Shown here piece by piece: positions 16,425-25,859 of a stretch of 60,450 nucleotides of DNA; the stretch's first letter is position 1; each line of letters starts with the position of its first letter. The stretch covers positions 1 to 60,450 of the IMG/VR virus record IMGVR_UViG_3300027740_000026; one strand, written 5' to 3'. Made by a program: the position numbers and the translations under genes. The notes beneath the pieces are model-generated. The model had not been told where the DNA came from. It searched no databases and saw only the letters and a list, made by a program, of their open reading frames with translations. The stretch is from a virus (taxonomy: Duplodnaviria > Caudoviricetes).

Positions 16425-16448
16425 AGCAAAACCACGGAGGGAATATCC

Positions 16449-16973
16449 ATGGAATTTTTATACCTGGCCGCAATTGATGTGGCTAAGAGAGCGCACAAAG
16501 ACCAGCGGCGGAAGTACACCAACGAGCCGTACATTGTCCACTCATTCGCCGTGGCTGGACTGGTTGCCTCAGTGACGGAAGATGATGACATGGTTATTGC
16601 TGCCATCCTGCATGATGTCGTTGAGGATAGTCCGATAGAGCTGAAAACCATCCGTGGCATATTCGGGGTTAGGATAGCCCAAATGGTTGACGACCTTACG
16701 GACGTTTCCAGGCCAACTGATGGTAACAGGGCCAAAAGGAAAGAGCTTGATTTTGAGCACACGGCCAAAGCCAGCCCGGAAGCGAAAACGGTTAAGTTAG
16801 CTGACTTGATTGACAACACCAAGAGCATTTGGGCTTTTGATAAGAACTTTGCACGTAAGTACATGCACGAAAAAAGGCGATTACTCGAAGTGCTGCAAGA
16901 AGGGGACACCTTTCTTTACGCCTTGGCGCACGAGATGACTCAAAAATACTTTGAAACAGGTGAAATATGCTGA
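16449..16973 (+). CDS. HD-domain (p)ppGpp-hydrolase-like protein (small alarmone hydrolase/Mesh1 type)
   Basis: AH..QRRK....PYIVH, AAILHDVVED, VKLADLIDN. Confidence 0.9.
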   Translation: MEFLYLAAIDVAKRAHKDQRRKYTNEPYIVHSFAVAGLVASVTEDDDMVIAAILHDVVEDSPIELKTIRGIFGVRIAQMVDDLTDVSRPTDGNRAKRKELDFEHTAKASPEAKTVKLADLIDNTKSIWAFDKNFARKYMHEKRRLLEVLQEGDTFLYALAHEMTQKYFETGEIC

Positions 16974-17008
16974 TTGTAAAAATGCTGTTCGGTAGTCACC
17001 TGATGTGA
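16967..17008 (+). pseudogene. Orphaned original N-terminus of the nucleotidyltransferase
   Basis: MLIVKMLFGSHLM*; shares TGTTCGGTAGTCACCTG with 17643-17659. Confidence 0.75.
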
Positions 17009-17051
17009 TCCGTTGTTGACTTTTCCACCAGATTCATGTACTCATTTAAGA

Positions 17052-17630
17052 ATGAAACATAATGATAAATGGAGTTGGAACTGGTCGAAAGAACACGTTG
17101 GCATGAAAATAGGACGGCTTACGTTAATAGAGCCTCTACCTGAACGTCCTGAAAATCGTTGGAGATGTATATGCCAGTGTGGGAAAGATATCGTTGCTCG
17201 GTGGTCAGCATTGAAACGCGGAATAACTAAATCCTGCGGTTGTTTAAAGAGCGAAACTACAGTGCAAAAAAACAAGCGCGGATTTAAGGGGAGAGGGGAG
17301 TTGTCGGGGACTTACTTTAGTCAGATTCGGTACCAGGCTAAAAAAAGAAATCTTGAGTTTAGCATTACTGTTGATGATCTGTGGGACTTATTCTTGGCGC
17401 AAAAAGGAAAATGTGCAATTTCCGGCATGGACATTTTCTTAACACCAGGGACTAAGAGAGGTCACCCCACAAGTGCAAGTTTAGATAGGATCAATTCAAC
17501 TAAAGGGTACGCATTAAATAATGTCCAGTGGGTTCATAAGCATATCAATATTATGAAAAACTCTCAATCAATGGAGGAATTTCTTTATATATGCAAAAAG
17601 ATTGCTGCGTTTCAAGCAAAGAAAACATAA
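17052..17630 (+). CDS. Free-standing HNH homing endonuclease
   Basis: WRCICQCG...KSCGC N-terminus; CAISG...SLDRINSTKGY..NVQWVHKHINIMK. Confidence 0.88.
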   Translation: MKHNDKWSWNWSKEHVGMKIGRLTLIEPLPERPENRWRCICQCGKDIVARWSALKRGITKSCGCLKSETTVQKNKRGFKGRGELSGTYFSQIRYQAKKRNLEFSITVDDLWDLFLAQKGKCAISGMDIFLTPGTKRGHPTSASLDRINSTKGYALNNVQWVHKHINIMKNSQSMEEFLYICKKIAAFQAKKT

Positions 17631-18601
17631 TCATGCGTTGTGTGTTCGGTAGTCACCTGTACGGCACATCTACCCCCGCCAGCGACAAAGACTTTAAAGG
17701 GGTGTCCCTGCCAACATGGGAGCAGGTGGCGCTTGGAAGAATACCAAAGCACGCTGAGAATACCTCAACGGGGCAAGCGCACAGCAAGAACACCGCGCAA
17801 GATGTGGACACGGAAATTTTCGGATTGCATGAGTTTGTGAAACTCGCCTGTGAAGGGCAAACCGTGGCGATGGACATGCTACACGCCCCCGCCGATATGC
17901 TTATTTCTGTAACCCCGTTATGGGCCGAAATCCAGAAGCACAAGGCCAAGTTTTACAGCAAAAATATTCACTCGTTTATCGGGTACGCCATGGGCCAAGC
18001 CGCTAAATACGGGGTGAAGGGTAGCAGACTGAATGATGCAAAGGCCGTTTTAAGTTGGCTTGAAAGTCAACCAGAATCCGCGAAATTGGCAGATTGCGAC
18101 CTTGGCACATTCCCGGCGGGGGAACATATTAGGCTGATTGAGTCTGACGACCCGCTGAAACAAAACCAATACGATGTCTGTGGCAAAAAGATACAGCTTA
18201 CCAGTCGGGTGCAATATGCGTATAACATTGTGTCGCATTTTTATAAGAACTACGGCGAAAGAGCAAGGCAAGCAGCCTGTGACGAAGGGGTTGATTGGAA
18301 GGCAATAAGCCACGCATTTAGAGCCGCTTACCAAATGCGAGAACTTTTTGTCTCTGGGACGATAACTTTCCCACGCCCAGAAGCGAAACTGCTGACAGAT
18401 ATAAAAACTGGCAACATGAAATACCGTGATGCGGCCCCAATGCTGGAAGACATTATTGACGAAGTAAAGGGGCTGAAAGATCGGTGTGAGTTCCCTGAAC
18501 AGCCGGATAGGAACTTTTGGGATTCTTTCATTTTGCGCATTGTAGAGGAGGTCATTGTTCCGAATCTTCGCAAGGCTGATAGCGGAATTTCTGCTTGCTA
18601 A
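17591..18601 (+). CDS. Pol-beta superfamily nucleotidyltransferase (phage type)
   Basis: FGSHLYGTSTPASDKDFKGV (GS..DxD); DWKAISHAFR; ITFPRP; start may be 17633; TAA inside attC B5. Confidence 0.88.
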   Translation: MQKDCCVSSKENIIMRCVFGSHLYGTSTPASDKDFKGVSLPTWEQVALGRIPKHAENTSTGQAHSKNTAQDVDTEIFGLHEFVKLACEGQTVAMDMLHAPADMLISVTPLWAEIQKHKAKFYSKNIHSFIGYAMGQAAKYGVKGSRLNDAKAVLSWLESQPESAKLADCDLGTFPAGEHIRLIESDDPLKQNQYDVCGKKIQLTSRVQYAYNIVSHFYKNYGERARQAACDEGVDWKAISHAFRAAYQMRELFVSGTITFPRPEAKLLTDIKTGNMKYRDAAPMLEDIIDEVKGLKDRCEFPEQPDRNFWDSFILRIVEEVIVPNLRKADSGISAC

Positions 18602-18685
18602 CGCCAATGGTAACCAGCGGCGGCCACGGAGCTTGACGACGAGCAACGCTGCTCCCCGCCGTCTGCGTTTACCCGCTTGTTAGTC
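18596..18685 (-). other. attC site B5
   Basis: Minus strand GACTAAC-aagcg-GGT[A]AAC[G]CAG...CTGGTTACC-attggc-GTTAGCA; TGCTTGCTAAC complements GTTAGCAAGCA of B4. Confidence 0.9.
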
Positions 18686-18695
18686 TGCCCGACCG

Positions 18696-18730
18696 CCGAC
18701 AACTCAGAGATGGGTTGATCGGCCTTTTTT
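18696..18730 (+). terminator. Rho-independent terminator closing the cassette array
   Basis: GCCGACAACTC/GGGTTGATCGGC hairpin plus T6. Confidence 0.65.
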
Positions 18731-18779
18731 ATTTGTATTTTGCTGTAAAATGTTATAATATTTTAAAAAAGGTCAAAAA

Positions 18780-18893
18780 ATGGACGAATATAGCGGCACA
18801 ACATTCATTTTATTTTATATTTTGGCCGTCCTGCTGGCGGTTTTATTCCTAATTTATTTTGCAGATCCGGCTGAGGCGATTGCCCTGGTGTGA
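18780..18893 (+). CDS. 37-aa membrane peptide
   Basis: MDEYSGTTFILFYILAVLLAVLFLIYFADPAEAIALV downstream of TGnTATAAT; GTGA overlap with next gene. Confidence 0.5.
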   Translation: MDEYSGTTFILFYILAVLLAVLFLIYFADPAEAIALV

Positions 18894-19141
18894 GTCGGGA
18901 TGCAGAGGTGCAAAAATATCTCGGTGATATTCTGCAGTTTCAAAATTTCCGGGGAGATCCGGTCCTGATTGCAATCAAAAAATGTCTGACGGATGAGGAA
19001 CGGTATATCTATTTTGCTCATTATCTCGATTGCAGGACGCAGGGAGACATAGGCAGAGAGTACGGAGTATCAGCGAGCAGCATCAGTCAAAAAATTGCCG
19101 GGATGAATCGGCGGATTTCGAGAGAGGTACGGAGAAAGTGA
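18890..19141 (+). CDS. Sigma70 region-4-like HTH protein (possible late regulator)
   Basis: LTDEERYIY...YL...TQGDIGREYGVSASSISQ. Confidence 0.7.
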   Translation: MSRDAEVQKYLGDILQFQNFRGDPVLIAIKKCLTDEERYIYFAHYLDCRTQGDIGREYGVSASSISQKIAGMNRRISREVRRK

Positions 19142-19401
19142 GCTACACCCCTGCAGACAGAGTTACGTTGGAAAAAGTGTGGAACTGGTGCGAAAAGAAT
19201 GAGTCGGACGCTCTGGCAGAAGCATATTTTGAGGTATGTACGACAGTTGGGGCGTTAGATCCTCAGGTTTTGTGCCACAGGGCGGCAAAACCATATTGGG
19301 CGAAGGCCTATGCTATTAAAAGGGCCGCGATAAAAACGAGAGATTTGATCGGAGAGCTTATTTTGCGTGAGATCAAAATAGAGTCGAAGCAGGGGGCCTG
19401 A
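19138..19401 (+). CDS. Hypothetical protein
   Basis: GTGA overlap; directly precedes terS. Confidence 0.55.
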   Translation: MSYTPADRVTLEKVWNWCEKNESDALAEAYFEVCTTVGALDPQVLCHRAAKPYWAKAYAIKRAAIKTRDLIGELILREIKIESKQGA

Positions 19402-19404
19402 CAC

Positions 19405-20016
19405 ATGGGTGAAAATAAAAAAAGGAGAACGAAACCAGGGACGAAGCCAGAGCACAGGTACGAGGCATTTGCAAATTTTTATATCGCTAATGGCGAAAAT
19501 GCTACCCAGGCCGCTATCTCAGCAGGGTACAGTCCGAAAACCGCATATTCGCTGGGCCAGAGACTGCTGAAACACGTTGAGGTGCGGGCAATGATCGAGT
19601 CAAGACGGGAAGAGTTGCGGCAAAAATATCGGCTCACATCAGATGATGTTATCAGGTCGATTCACAACGAGCTCTATTTCGACCCGGCAAAACTTTACGA
19701 CGAAAACGGCGATTTTCTGGCAATCAAGGATTTGCCGGAAAACATACGCCTCGTTTTGTCAGGCATAGAGCAGACCTCGGCGACAAAAGGGCTGGGCGAG
19801 AAAGCCATGATTGAGTATATCACCAAATTGAGATGGCCGCCTAAATTTCAGGCTAGGGAACAGGCCATGAAATTCCTGGGCATGTTCGAAAAAGACAACC
19901 AGCAGAAGCACATTTTCACTGAGATCAGCCGGGAAAAACTAAAACTAATGGCTGAACAGATCGAATCCCACCTGCATAATTCAGAACTAAAACTCATCAA
20001 GGGCGGGAATGGATAA
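19405..20016 (+). CDS. terS: Terminase small subunit
   Basis: NATQAAISAGYSPKTAYSLGQRLL. Confidence 0.92.
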   Translation: MGENKKRRTKPGTKPEHRYEAFANFYIANGENATQAAISAGYSPKTAYSLGQRLLKHVEVRAMIESRREELRQKYRLTSDDVIRSIHNELYFDPAKLYDENGDFLAIKDLPENIRLVLSGIEQTSATKGLGEKAMIEYITKLRWPPKFQAREQAMKFLGMFEKDNQQKHIFTEISREKLKLMAEQIESHLHNSELKLIKGGNG

Positions 20017-21451
20017 CCCAGCGATAGCAGCGCAAGACCCTGCGGAATTAAGGGAGCTTTTGCATGCGATCCGGTCGCAGCTATCTCGCGAGGTGATTGC
20101 CGATTTTAAACCCTACAAAAAACAAGCTGATTTTTTTAGGGAGGGGTCCACGCACAGAGAAAGACTGCTGCGGGCTGGCAATCAGTGTGGGAAAACATAT
20201 GCCATGGGCGCAGAGGTATCCTATCACCTGACCGGCGAATACCCGGAATGGTGGGAAGGAAAGAAATTCCCGCGAAGCATAGTTTGTTGGGCAAGCGGGG
20301 AAACTGGCGAGATGGTCCGTGATAATGCTCAGAGAGTTCTTTTGGGCCAGGTTGATGAAATGGGAACAGGAATGGTTCCGGAAAGGTGTCTGACAAATAA
20401 TTTTGGCCGAGCGAGCGGTATTTCAGATTTGTTTGATTATATAAAGGTCAAGCATGTCAGTGGTGGTCACTCATTACTCAGATTCAAATTTTACGCCCAG
20501 GGTAGGAAAAAATGGCAGGGGCCTCCTGTTGATCTGGTTTGGTTTGATGAGGAGCCCCCGGAGGATATTTACGACGAGGGATTGGCTCGGACTATCGCAA
20601 CTGGAGGCATAGTGGCACTCACATTTACGCCCCTGCTGGGCATGTCCTCGGTTGTGTTGAGATTTTTGGACGCAAAGCACAGAACTGCGGCGCGGTCTGA
20701 CACTAATATGACCATCCACGACGCTGAGCATATTCCGGAAAAGGAGCGCCAGGAGAAAATCGATTCTTTTCCGGATCATGAGCGGGAGGCACGGGCAAAA
20801 GGAACTCCAGTCATGGGTTCAGGCCGCATTTTTCCAATAGCGGAAAGCAGGATTATTGTCGCTCCATTTCAATGTCCTGATTTGTGGCCGGTGATCGGCG
20901 GCATAGATTTCGGGTGGGAACATCCAACAGCTGCTGTGAAACTCGTCTGGGACAGAGATTCTGATGTCGTCTACGTGGTCCAGGCGTATAGGGAGAAGGA
21001 AAAACCAGTTGTTCTTCATGCCCACGCCCTGAAAGCGTGGGGTCCTCTTCCGTGGGCCTGGCCGCATGATGGACTACAGCACGACAAAGGTGCAGGAATT
21101 CAGCTCGCAGCTCAATATAGAGCTGAAGGGTTGGAGATGATAGAGCACCATGCTAAGTTTTCAAAGGAATCAGACGAGACCAAAAACAACAAGGTCAGCG
21201 CAACGAGCGTAGAGGCCGGGTTGTCGATGATGTTGGATAGAATGCAGACCGGAAGGTTAAAGGTTTTTTCTCATCTGGAAGATTGGTTCGGAGAGTTCAG
21301 GCTATATCACCGAAAGGATGGGAAGGTCGTGAAGTTGGCGGAGGATCTGATTTCAGCTACTCGCTACGCAATGATGATGCTGCGGTATGCTAAGGTGATG
21401 GAAGAGAAAAAACATTCTCCGAGACCACCCCGGAACTGGCGCGTCGCGTAG
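20009..21451 (+). CDS. terL: Terminase large subunit (P22 gp2-like)
   Basis: AGNQCGKT, VWFDEEPP, TFTPLLG, GIDFGWEHP, WPHDG, DLISATRYA. Confidence 0.95.
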   Translation: MDNPAIAAQDPAELRELLHAIRSQLSREVIADFKPYKKQADFFREGSTHRERLLRAGNQCGKTYAMGAEVSYHLTGEYPEWWEGKKFPRSIVCWASGETGEMVRDNAQRVLLGQVDEMGTGMVPERCLTNNFGRASGISDLFDYIKVKHVSGGHSLLRFKFYAQGRKKWQGPPVDLVWFDEEPPEDIYDEGLARTIATGGIVALTFTPLLGMSSVVLRFLDAKHRTAARSDTNMTIHDAEHIPEKERQEKIDSFPDHEREARAKGTPVMGSGRIFPIAESRIIVAPFQCPDLWPVIGGIDFGWEHPTAAVKLVWDRDSDVVYVVQAYREKEKPVVLHAHALKAWGPLPWAWPHDGLQHDKGAGIQLAAQYRAEGLEMIEHHAKFSKESDETKNNKVSATSVEAGLSMMLDRMQTGRLKVFSHLEDWFGEFRLYHRKDGKVVKLAEDLISATRYAMMMLRYAKVMEEKKHSPRPPRNWRVA

Positions 21452-21578
21452 TATGCGAAATTACATACGAGATGGAAGGAAAAAGATTGTGTCCACCCGG
21501 TGGACATAGCTGACTAATTGCATGAAATTATTAACCTTTTCAAAAGTATGCTTTTAGGCATAAAAGGGACTGGAAATC

Positions 21579-22085
21579 ATGAGAATTGGGCTGGCAGGAA
21601 GCGGTGGAACAGGAAAAACTGAGTTGAGCAGGGCGTTGTCTCGCGGGTTGAAAGTATCGAGGATAAAAGATGGCGTGAGGGTCTGGGCGGGCGAGAACAG
21701 AAGGATGCAGACAGAAATTCTTGAGCAAAAAATCAACCAGGAGTTGGCGACAGAATCCTACGTTGCGGACGGAACCAGCATAGACGCAATGGCCTGCGCG
21801 TTACGTTGGCTGGGCAGAGAGCCTGATATTAACGAGTGGATGTCTGAGTACGTTCCGAAGTGCTTACGGCATGCAGTTGAGGCATACGATATGATTTTTG
21901 TTCTGCCGTGGGGCGTGTTCCCAGCTGATATGCCGTGGTATCAACTGGAGATCCAGTTGTTGATTGAGGGGACTATTTTGAATCATCCAGTGTTGCATAG
22001 CAAATCGAGGGTAGTTCTTGAAAAATCGGTTGCCGGGCGGTATGATGAGATTATTTCTTTGATTTCATCGCCAAACCTCCGATAA
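21579..22085 (+). CDS. P-loop NTPase/kinase (AAA_28/NadR-like)
   Basis: RIGLAGSGGTGKT Walker A; YDMIFVLP. Confidence 0.7.
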   Translation: MRIGLAGSGGTGKTELSRALSRGLKVSRIKDGVRVWAGENRRMQTEILEQKINQELATESYVADGTSIDAMACALRWLGREPDINEWMSEYVPKCLRHAVEAYDMIFVLPWGVFPADMPWYQLEIQLLIEGTILNHPVLHSKSRVVLEKSVAGRYDEIISLISSPNLR

Positions 22086-22093
22086 GATTATAG

Positions 22094-24178
22094 ATGAACT
22101 ATTATCAAATGTCAGGATATCCGGACCCATCTGAAACGGGCAGCGAGTTGCAGCTGTCAACGTTCACGAAATGGTTTGACGAGATCAGCAACCAGCCCGC
22201 ATGGAGAGCAAAAGCGGACCGCGAGGCCGATTACTACGACGGCAACCAGCTGGATTCCGAAATTCTGGCGGCTCAAAAGCTGCTGGGAATTCCATCGTCT
22301 ATAGAGCCGCTGATTGGACCGACGATTGACGCTGTTCTGGGCATGGAGGTCAAAAGTAGATCTGACTGGCGCGTTGTTCCAGAAATTGGCGGGGACGAAA
22401 TAGCCCTGGCATGCAATGAAAAACTCAATAAGGCCGAAAAAAGAAGCCATGCAGATGCAGCATGCTCTGAAGCGTATGCGTCTCAGATTAAGGTTGGTCT
22501 CGGATGGGTCGAGGTAAGCAGAGACCCTGATCCGTTTAATTTTCCATATCGCTGTGAAAGCATCCACCGCAATGAAATCTGGTGGGACTGGCTGGCAAAA
22601 AAAAGAGACCTGACAGACGCACGGTATCTCATTCGGAGGAAATGGCTGAACGTATCGCAAGCGAAGCTGATGTTTCCAGGAAAAACCGATCTGCTGGATA
22701 CGGTTGGCAATGGCTGGGCCGGGATTGATCTCGGGCAGATTTCTGAGGGCGGCTCATCGACTGATTTAGCGATGAGCTACACGCATGAAAGAGGTTGGTC
22801 GATCGAAGAAATGGAGTGGCTGGACACACTGAACCGGAGAATATGTTTGTTCGAGGTCTGGTATCGGGTTTGGGAGCGGGTAATCTGTCTCAAAGCTCCC
22901 GATGGCAGGGTGATTGAGTATGACCCAAACAATCCGAATCATGTGGTAGTGGTGGCAAATGGACTCGTTACACCAGTTGAGGCGATTGTGGGCCGTGTTC
23001 GGCAGGCATGGTTTGCCGGGCCGCATAAATTGTCAGATGAGCCGTCACCATATAAGCACAGATATTTCCAATATGTCCCCTTTTGGGGTAAACGAGAAGA
23101 CAGGACAAACGTACCATATGGGATAATCCGGGGGATGATGTATCTCCAAGATGAGGTCAACGCTCGGATCTCAAAAATGCAATGGATACTGTCAGCTGTT
23201 AGAGTAGAGAAGACAGACGGCGTTGTCAAGGATATGAGCGATCATGAGCTGGCAAACGAAATTTCCAGGCCTGACGCTATTATCACGCTGGATGCAAATG
23301 AAATGGCACGGCCAGGAGCAAGATTTGACGTAAGCCGTGACGTGCAGCTGAACCAGCAGCAATATCAGCGTTTGGTTGATGCAAGAGAGGGGATTCGGCG
23401 GACTGGTGGAGTTTTCAATGCTTTTTCTGGCAACTCAGAAGGGCAACCTGATTCTGGAGTTGCACTCAACACACTGGTTCAGCAGAGCATCCAAACGTTG
23501 GCTGACATCAACGATAATTTTAAAGACGCCAGGGCGCAAGTTGGCGACATGCTGTTGTCTATGATTTTGGAGGATATCGGGAAAAACCGAGAGGAAGTCC
23601 GGATCAAAGGTGATATGGTCCGCGATGAAATGGTCGTCGTCTTAAACGAAGAAGTAGACGGCAAACTGAATAACGATGTCCAGAGGGCAAAACTGAAGGT
23701 TGAGATCGAAGAAGTCCCGAGCACATCAACATTCAGAGCCCAGCAGTTGCAGGTTGTAACAGCGGCGCTGAAACATATGCCGCCTAAATATCAAGCGGCG
23801 ATCATGCCGTTCATGTTTGCTCTGATGGATTTGCCAGACCGGGATCAACTAATTGAGGCAATTAAAAAAGTTGATGAGCAAATGACTCCTGAACGATTAC
23901 AGGAAGTAATAGACCAGGCCGTTGAGGAGGCATTGCTGAAAGCTCAGATACAGCTCAAGCAAGGCGACCTGGAAATAAAAAACAGACAGGTTGATCTCTC
24001 TGAGCGGAAAGTTGTTCTGGAAGAGATGGCGGCATTGAAAGACGAGGTATTCAAAGGGATGCAGGCGTTGAAAACATCGATTGAGGCTGGAAACATTGTT
24101 GCAATGAACCCGGCTTCTGCAATAATTGGAGATAGGTTGATTGATGCGGCGCAAAATTTGAACGAAAGAGGACAATAA
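22094..24178 (+). CDS. Portal protein (P22-like)
   Basis: 694 aa after terL; DYYDGNQL, GLGWVEV, YVPFWG.RED..VPYG.IR. Confidence 0.9.
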   Translation: MNYYQMSGYPDPSETGSELQLSTFTKWFDEISNQPAWRAKADREADYYDGNQLDSEILAAQKLLGIPSSIEPLIGPTIDAVLGMEVKSRSDWRVVPEIGGDEIALACNEKLNKAEKRSHADAACSEAYASQIKVGLGWVEVSRDPDPFNFPYRCESIHRNEIWWDWLAKKRDLTDARYLIRRKWLNVSQAKLMFPGKTDLLDTVGNGWAGIDLGQISEGGSSTDLAMSYTHERGWSIEEMEWLDTLNRRICLFEVWYRVWERVICLKAPDGRVIEYDPNNPNHVVVVANGLVTPVEAIVGRVRQAWFAGPHKLSDEPSPYKHRYFQYVPFWGKREDRTNVPYGIIRGMMYLQDEVNARISKMQWILSAVRVEKTDGVVKDMSDHELANEISRPDAIITLDANEMARPGARFDVSRDVQLNQQQYQRLVDAREGIRRTGGVFNAFSGNSEGQPDSGVALNTLVQQSIQTLADINDNFKDARAQVGDMLLSMILEDIGKNREEVRIKGDMVRDEMVVVLNEEVDGKLNNDVQRAKLKVEIEEVPSTSTFRAQQLQVVTAALKHMPPKYQAAIMPFMFALMDLPDRDQLIEAIKKVDEQMTPERLQEVIDQAVEEALLKAQIQLKQGDLEIKNRQVDLSERKVVLEEMAALKDEVFKGMQALKTSIEAGNIVAMNPASAIIGDRLIDAAQNLNERGQ

Positions 24179-24669
24179 TGAAAATAAGCACAGCTACGTT
24201 ACTGTTTGTATTCATTTATTCGCTGTCATTTGCAGGAATGACATGCAATGACAGCGGCAGTGTTGTGGGCGGAACGTTTGACCAGGGGACTTTCAATACC
24301 GTTCAGATGGTAACATGCAGGTTTGATACTACACCAGGAACGGCATCAACAACTATTCCGATGTCATCCTTTTTAAGGATGCACGATAGATGGGTCTATT
24401 CATTTTTCATTGATCCGTTAACGCCAGGCCCGACAAATGATAGCGATGTCAGTATTGTTGATAGTCGAGGCGTTACAATAATTTCTGCAACGGGCAATGG
24501 GGCTGATGTCCTGGACAATACAGCAACAAATGGCCCAATATTTGGGGATGGTCCAGGCGGCACAAATTATTATCCATGGGTTCATCAGTCATTCCCGTGG
24601 ACAATTTCAGTGATAAATAACGCTGTCAACAATTCCGGTTTTCTGTTATACATGGAAGCTGGTAAATAA
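24178..24669 (+). CDS. Virion-module protein with signal peptide
   Basis: MKISTATLLFVFIYSLSFA; beta-rich body. Confidence 0.65.
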   Translation: MKISTATLLFVFIYSLSFAGMTCNDSGSVVGGTFDQGTFNTVQMVTCRFDTTPGTASTTIPMSSFLRMHDRWVYSFFIDPLTPGPTNDSDVSIVDSRGVTIISATGNGADVLDNTATNGPIFGDGPGGTNYYPWVHQSFPWTISVINNAVNNSGFLLYMEAGK

Positions 24670-24707
24670 GCGGTAAGCGCGAGAAAACTTAAAAATAGGA
24701 GAAAGAA

Positions 24708-25742
24708 ATGAAAACAAAACTCGCAGTAATGTTGTCCGTGCTTATTTCCATATGCACTGGGATGAGCGCGCAGGCCTTGGAATTAACAAGGGGAACAAGT
24801 CTCGCTGTCTATGATGATGCGACAGCGGCAACAACTGAGCCGGTATTCAACGTGTCGTGGCGTGACAACGTATTTACAAACGAATACGGAGATCAAAAGG
24901 TTGTGCCAGGTGGCAATCGCGGATCTCTCACTGGAACGACAGCGGTTACAATGGCAGCTGCCCCTGGAGCTGATTATGTAACAAGGACCATTGAAAGCAT
25001 CACTGTTTTCAACTCCGACACTGCAAGCAGGCGGGTGTCAGTTCGTGCGGTCAATAGCAGCACCAACTACAAAATTGTAACCGTAACCCTGGCGGCAAAC
25101 GATTCATTGCAGTACAGCCGGTCTGCTGGATGGTCTGTTGTCATTCCGGTTGACAACGATATCAGCGCCGACCAGCTACTTACGACTGATACACAGCTGC
25201 AACTCAGGGACACTGCTATTTATATCAACTCCGGGGCTGATGGCCGGATGAATTTGGTCGCAGACGGGGAGATTGATATTTCCGGTGGCCTGATTGATAT
25301 TAACGGCGGAACAAATGAATCAGTGCAAATCACTCCAGGCTCCGGTGCCATTTTGGATCTGGACTCCTCTGTTATTGCCAGACCACAGGCAGGCCCGACC
25401 GCAAAAACAACTGCGGCAACCCTGACGGCATCTGAGATGCTAAGTGGGATCATCACTGGGACATTCAGCGGGAGCGGAATTGAGGCGTATACCATGCCAG
25501 CCGGAACCGACATGGATGCAGGAATCCATTCTGATTTTGGTATAAACGATTCGTTTGAGTTGACATTTCTGAATTTGAGCACCAACAACAACGACACGAT
25601 TGCGCTGACCGCAAACACCGGGTTTTCGCTGGTCGGCAACACAAATGTTTATTCGGCAAACGATTCGACAAATGACAGCAGCGCCACCCTGAGGGTCAGG
25701 AAGTCTGCCGCGAACACGTTTATCGGGTACAGGATCGACTAA
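24708..25742 (+). CDS. Virion-module (decoration/fibre-like) protein with signal peptide
   Basis: MKTKLAVMLSVLISICTGMSAQA; Thr/Ala/Gly-rich. Confidence 0.65.
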   Translation: MKTKLAVMLSVLISICTGMSAQALELTRGTSLAVYDDATAATTEPVFNVSWRDNVFTNEYGDQKVVPGGNRGSLTGTTAVTMAAAPGADYVTRTIESITVFNSDTASRRVSVRAVNSSTNYKIVTVTLAANDSLQYSRSAGWSVVIPVDNDISADQLLTTDTQLQLRDTAIYINSGADGRMNLVADGEIDISGGLIDINGGTNESVQITPGSGAILDLDSSVIARPQAGPTAKTTAATLTASEMLSGIITGTFSGSGIEAYTMPAGTDMDAGIHSDFGINDSFELTFLNLSTNNNDTIALTANTGFSLVGNTNVYSANDSTNDSSATLRVRKSAANTFIGYRID

Positions 25743-25859
25743 ATGACACCGGAAGAACAACGGGAAGTCATTGAAACGCTGAAAATACTGGAGAGCATTA
25801 AACGTAGACTGTTGAAACTGTTAAATAAATAGCCTAAATTCCAAGGTTGAAATGGAAAC

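Noticed and set aside
17003-17642. Group I intron or intein in the nucleotidyltransferase
   Set aside because: Only ~50 nt of non-coding sequence, in-frame stops, and a duplicated N-terminal motif instead of splice junctions
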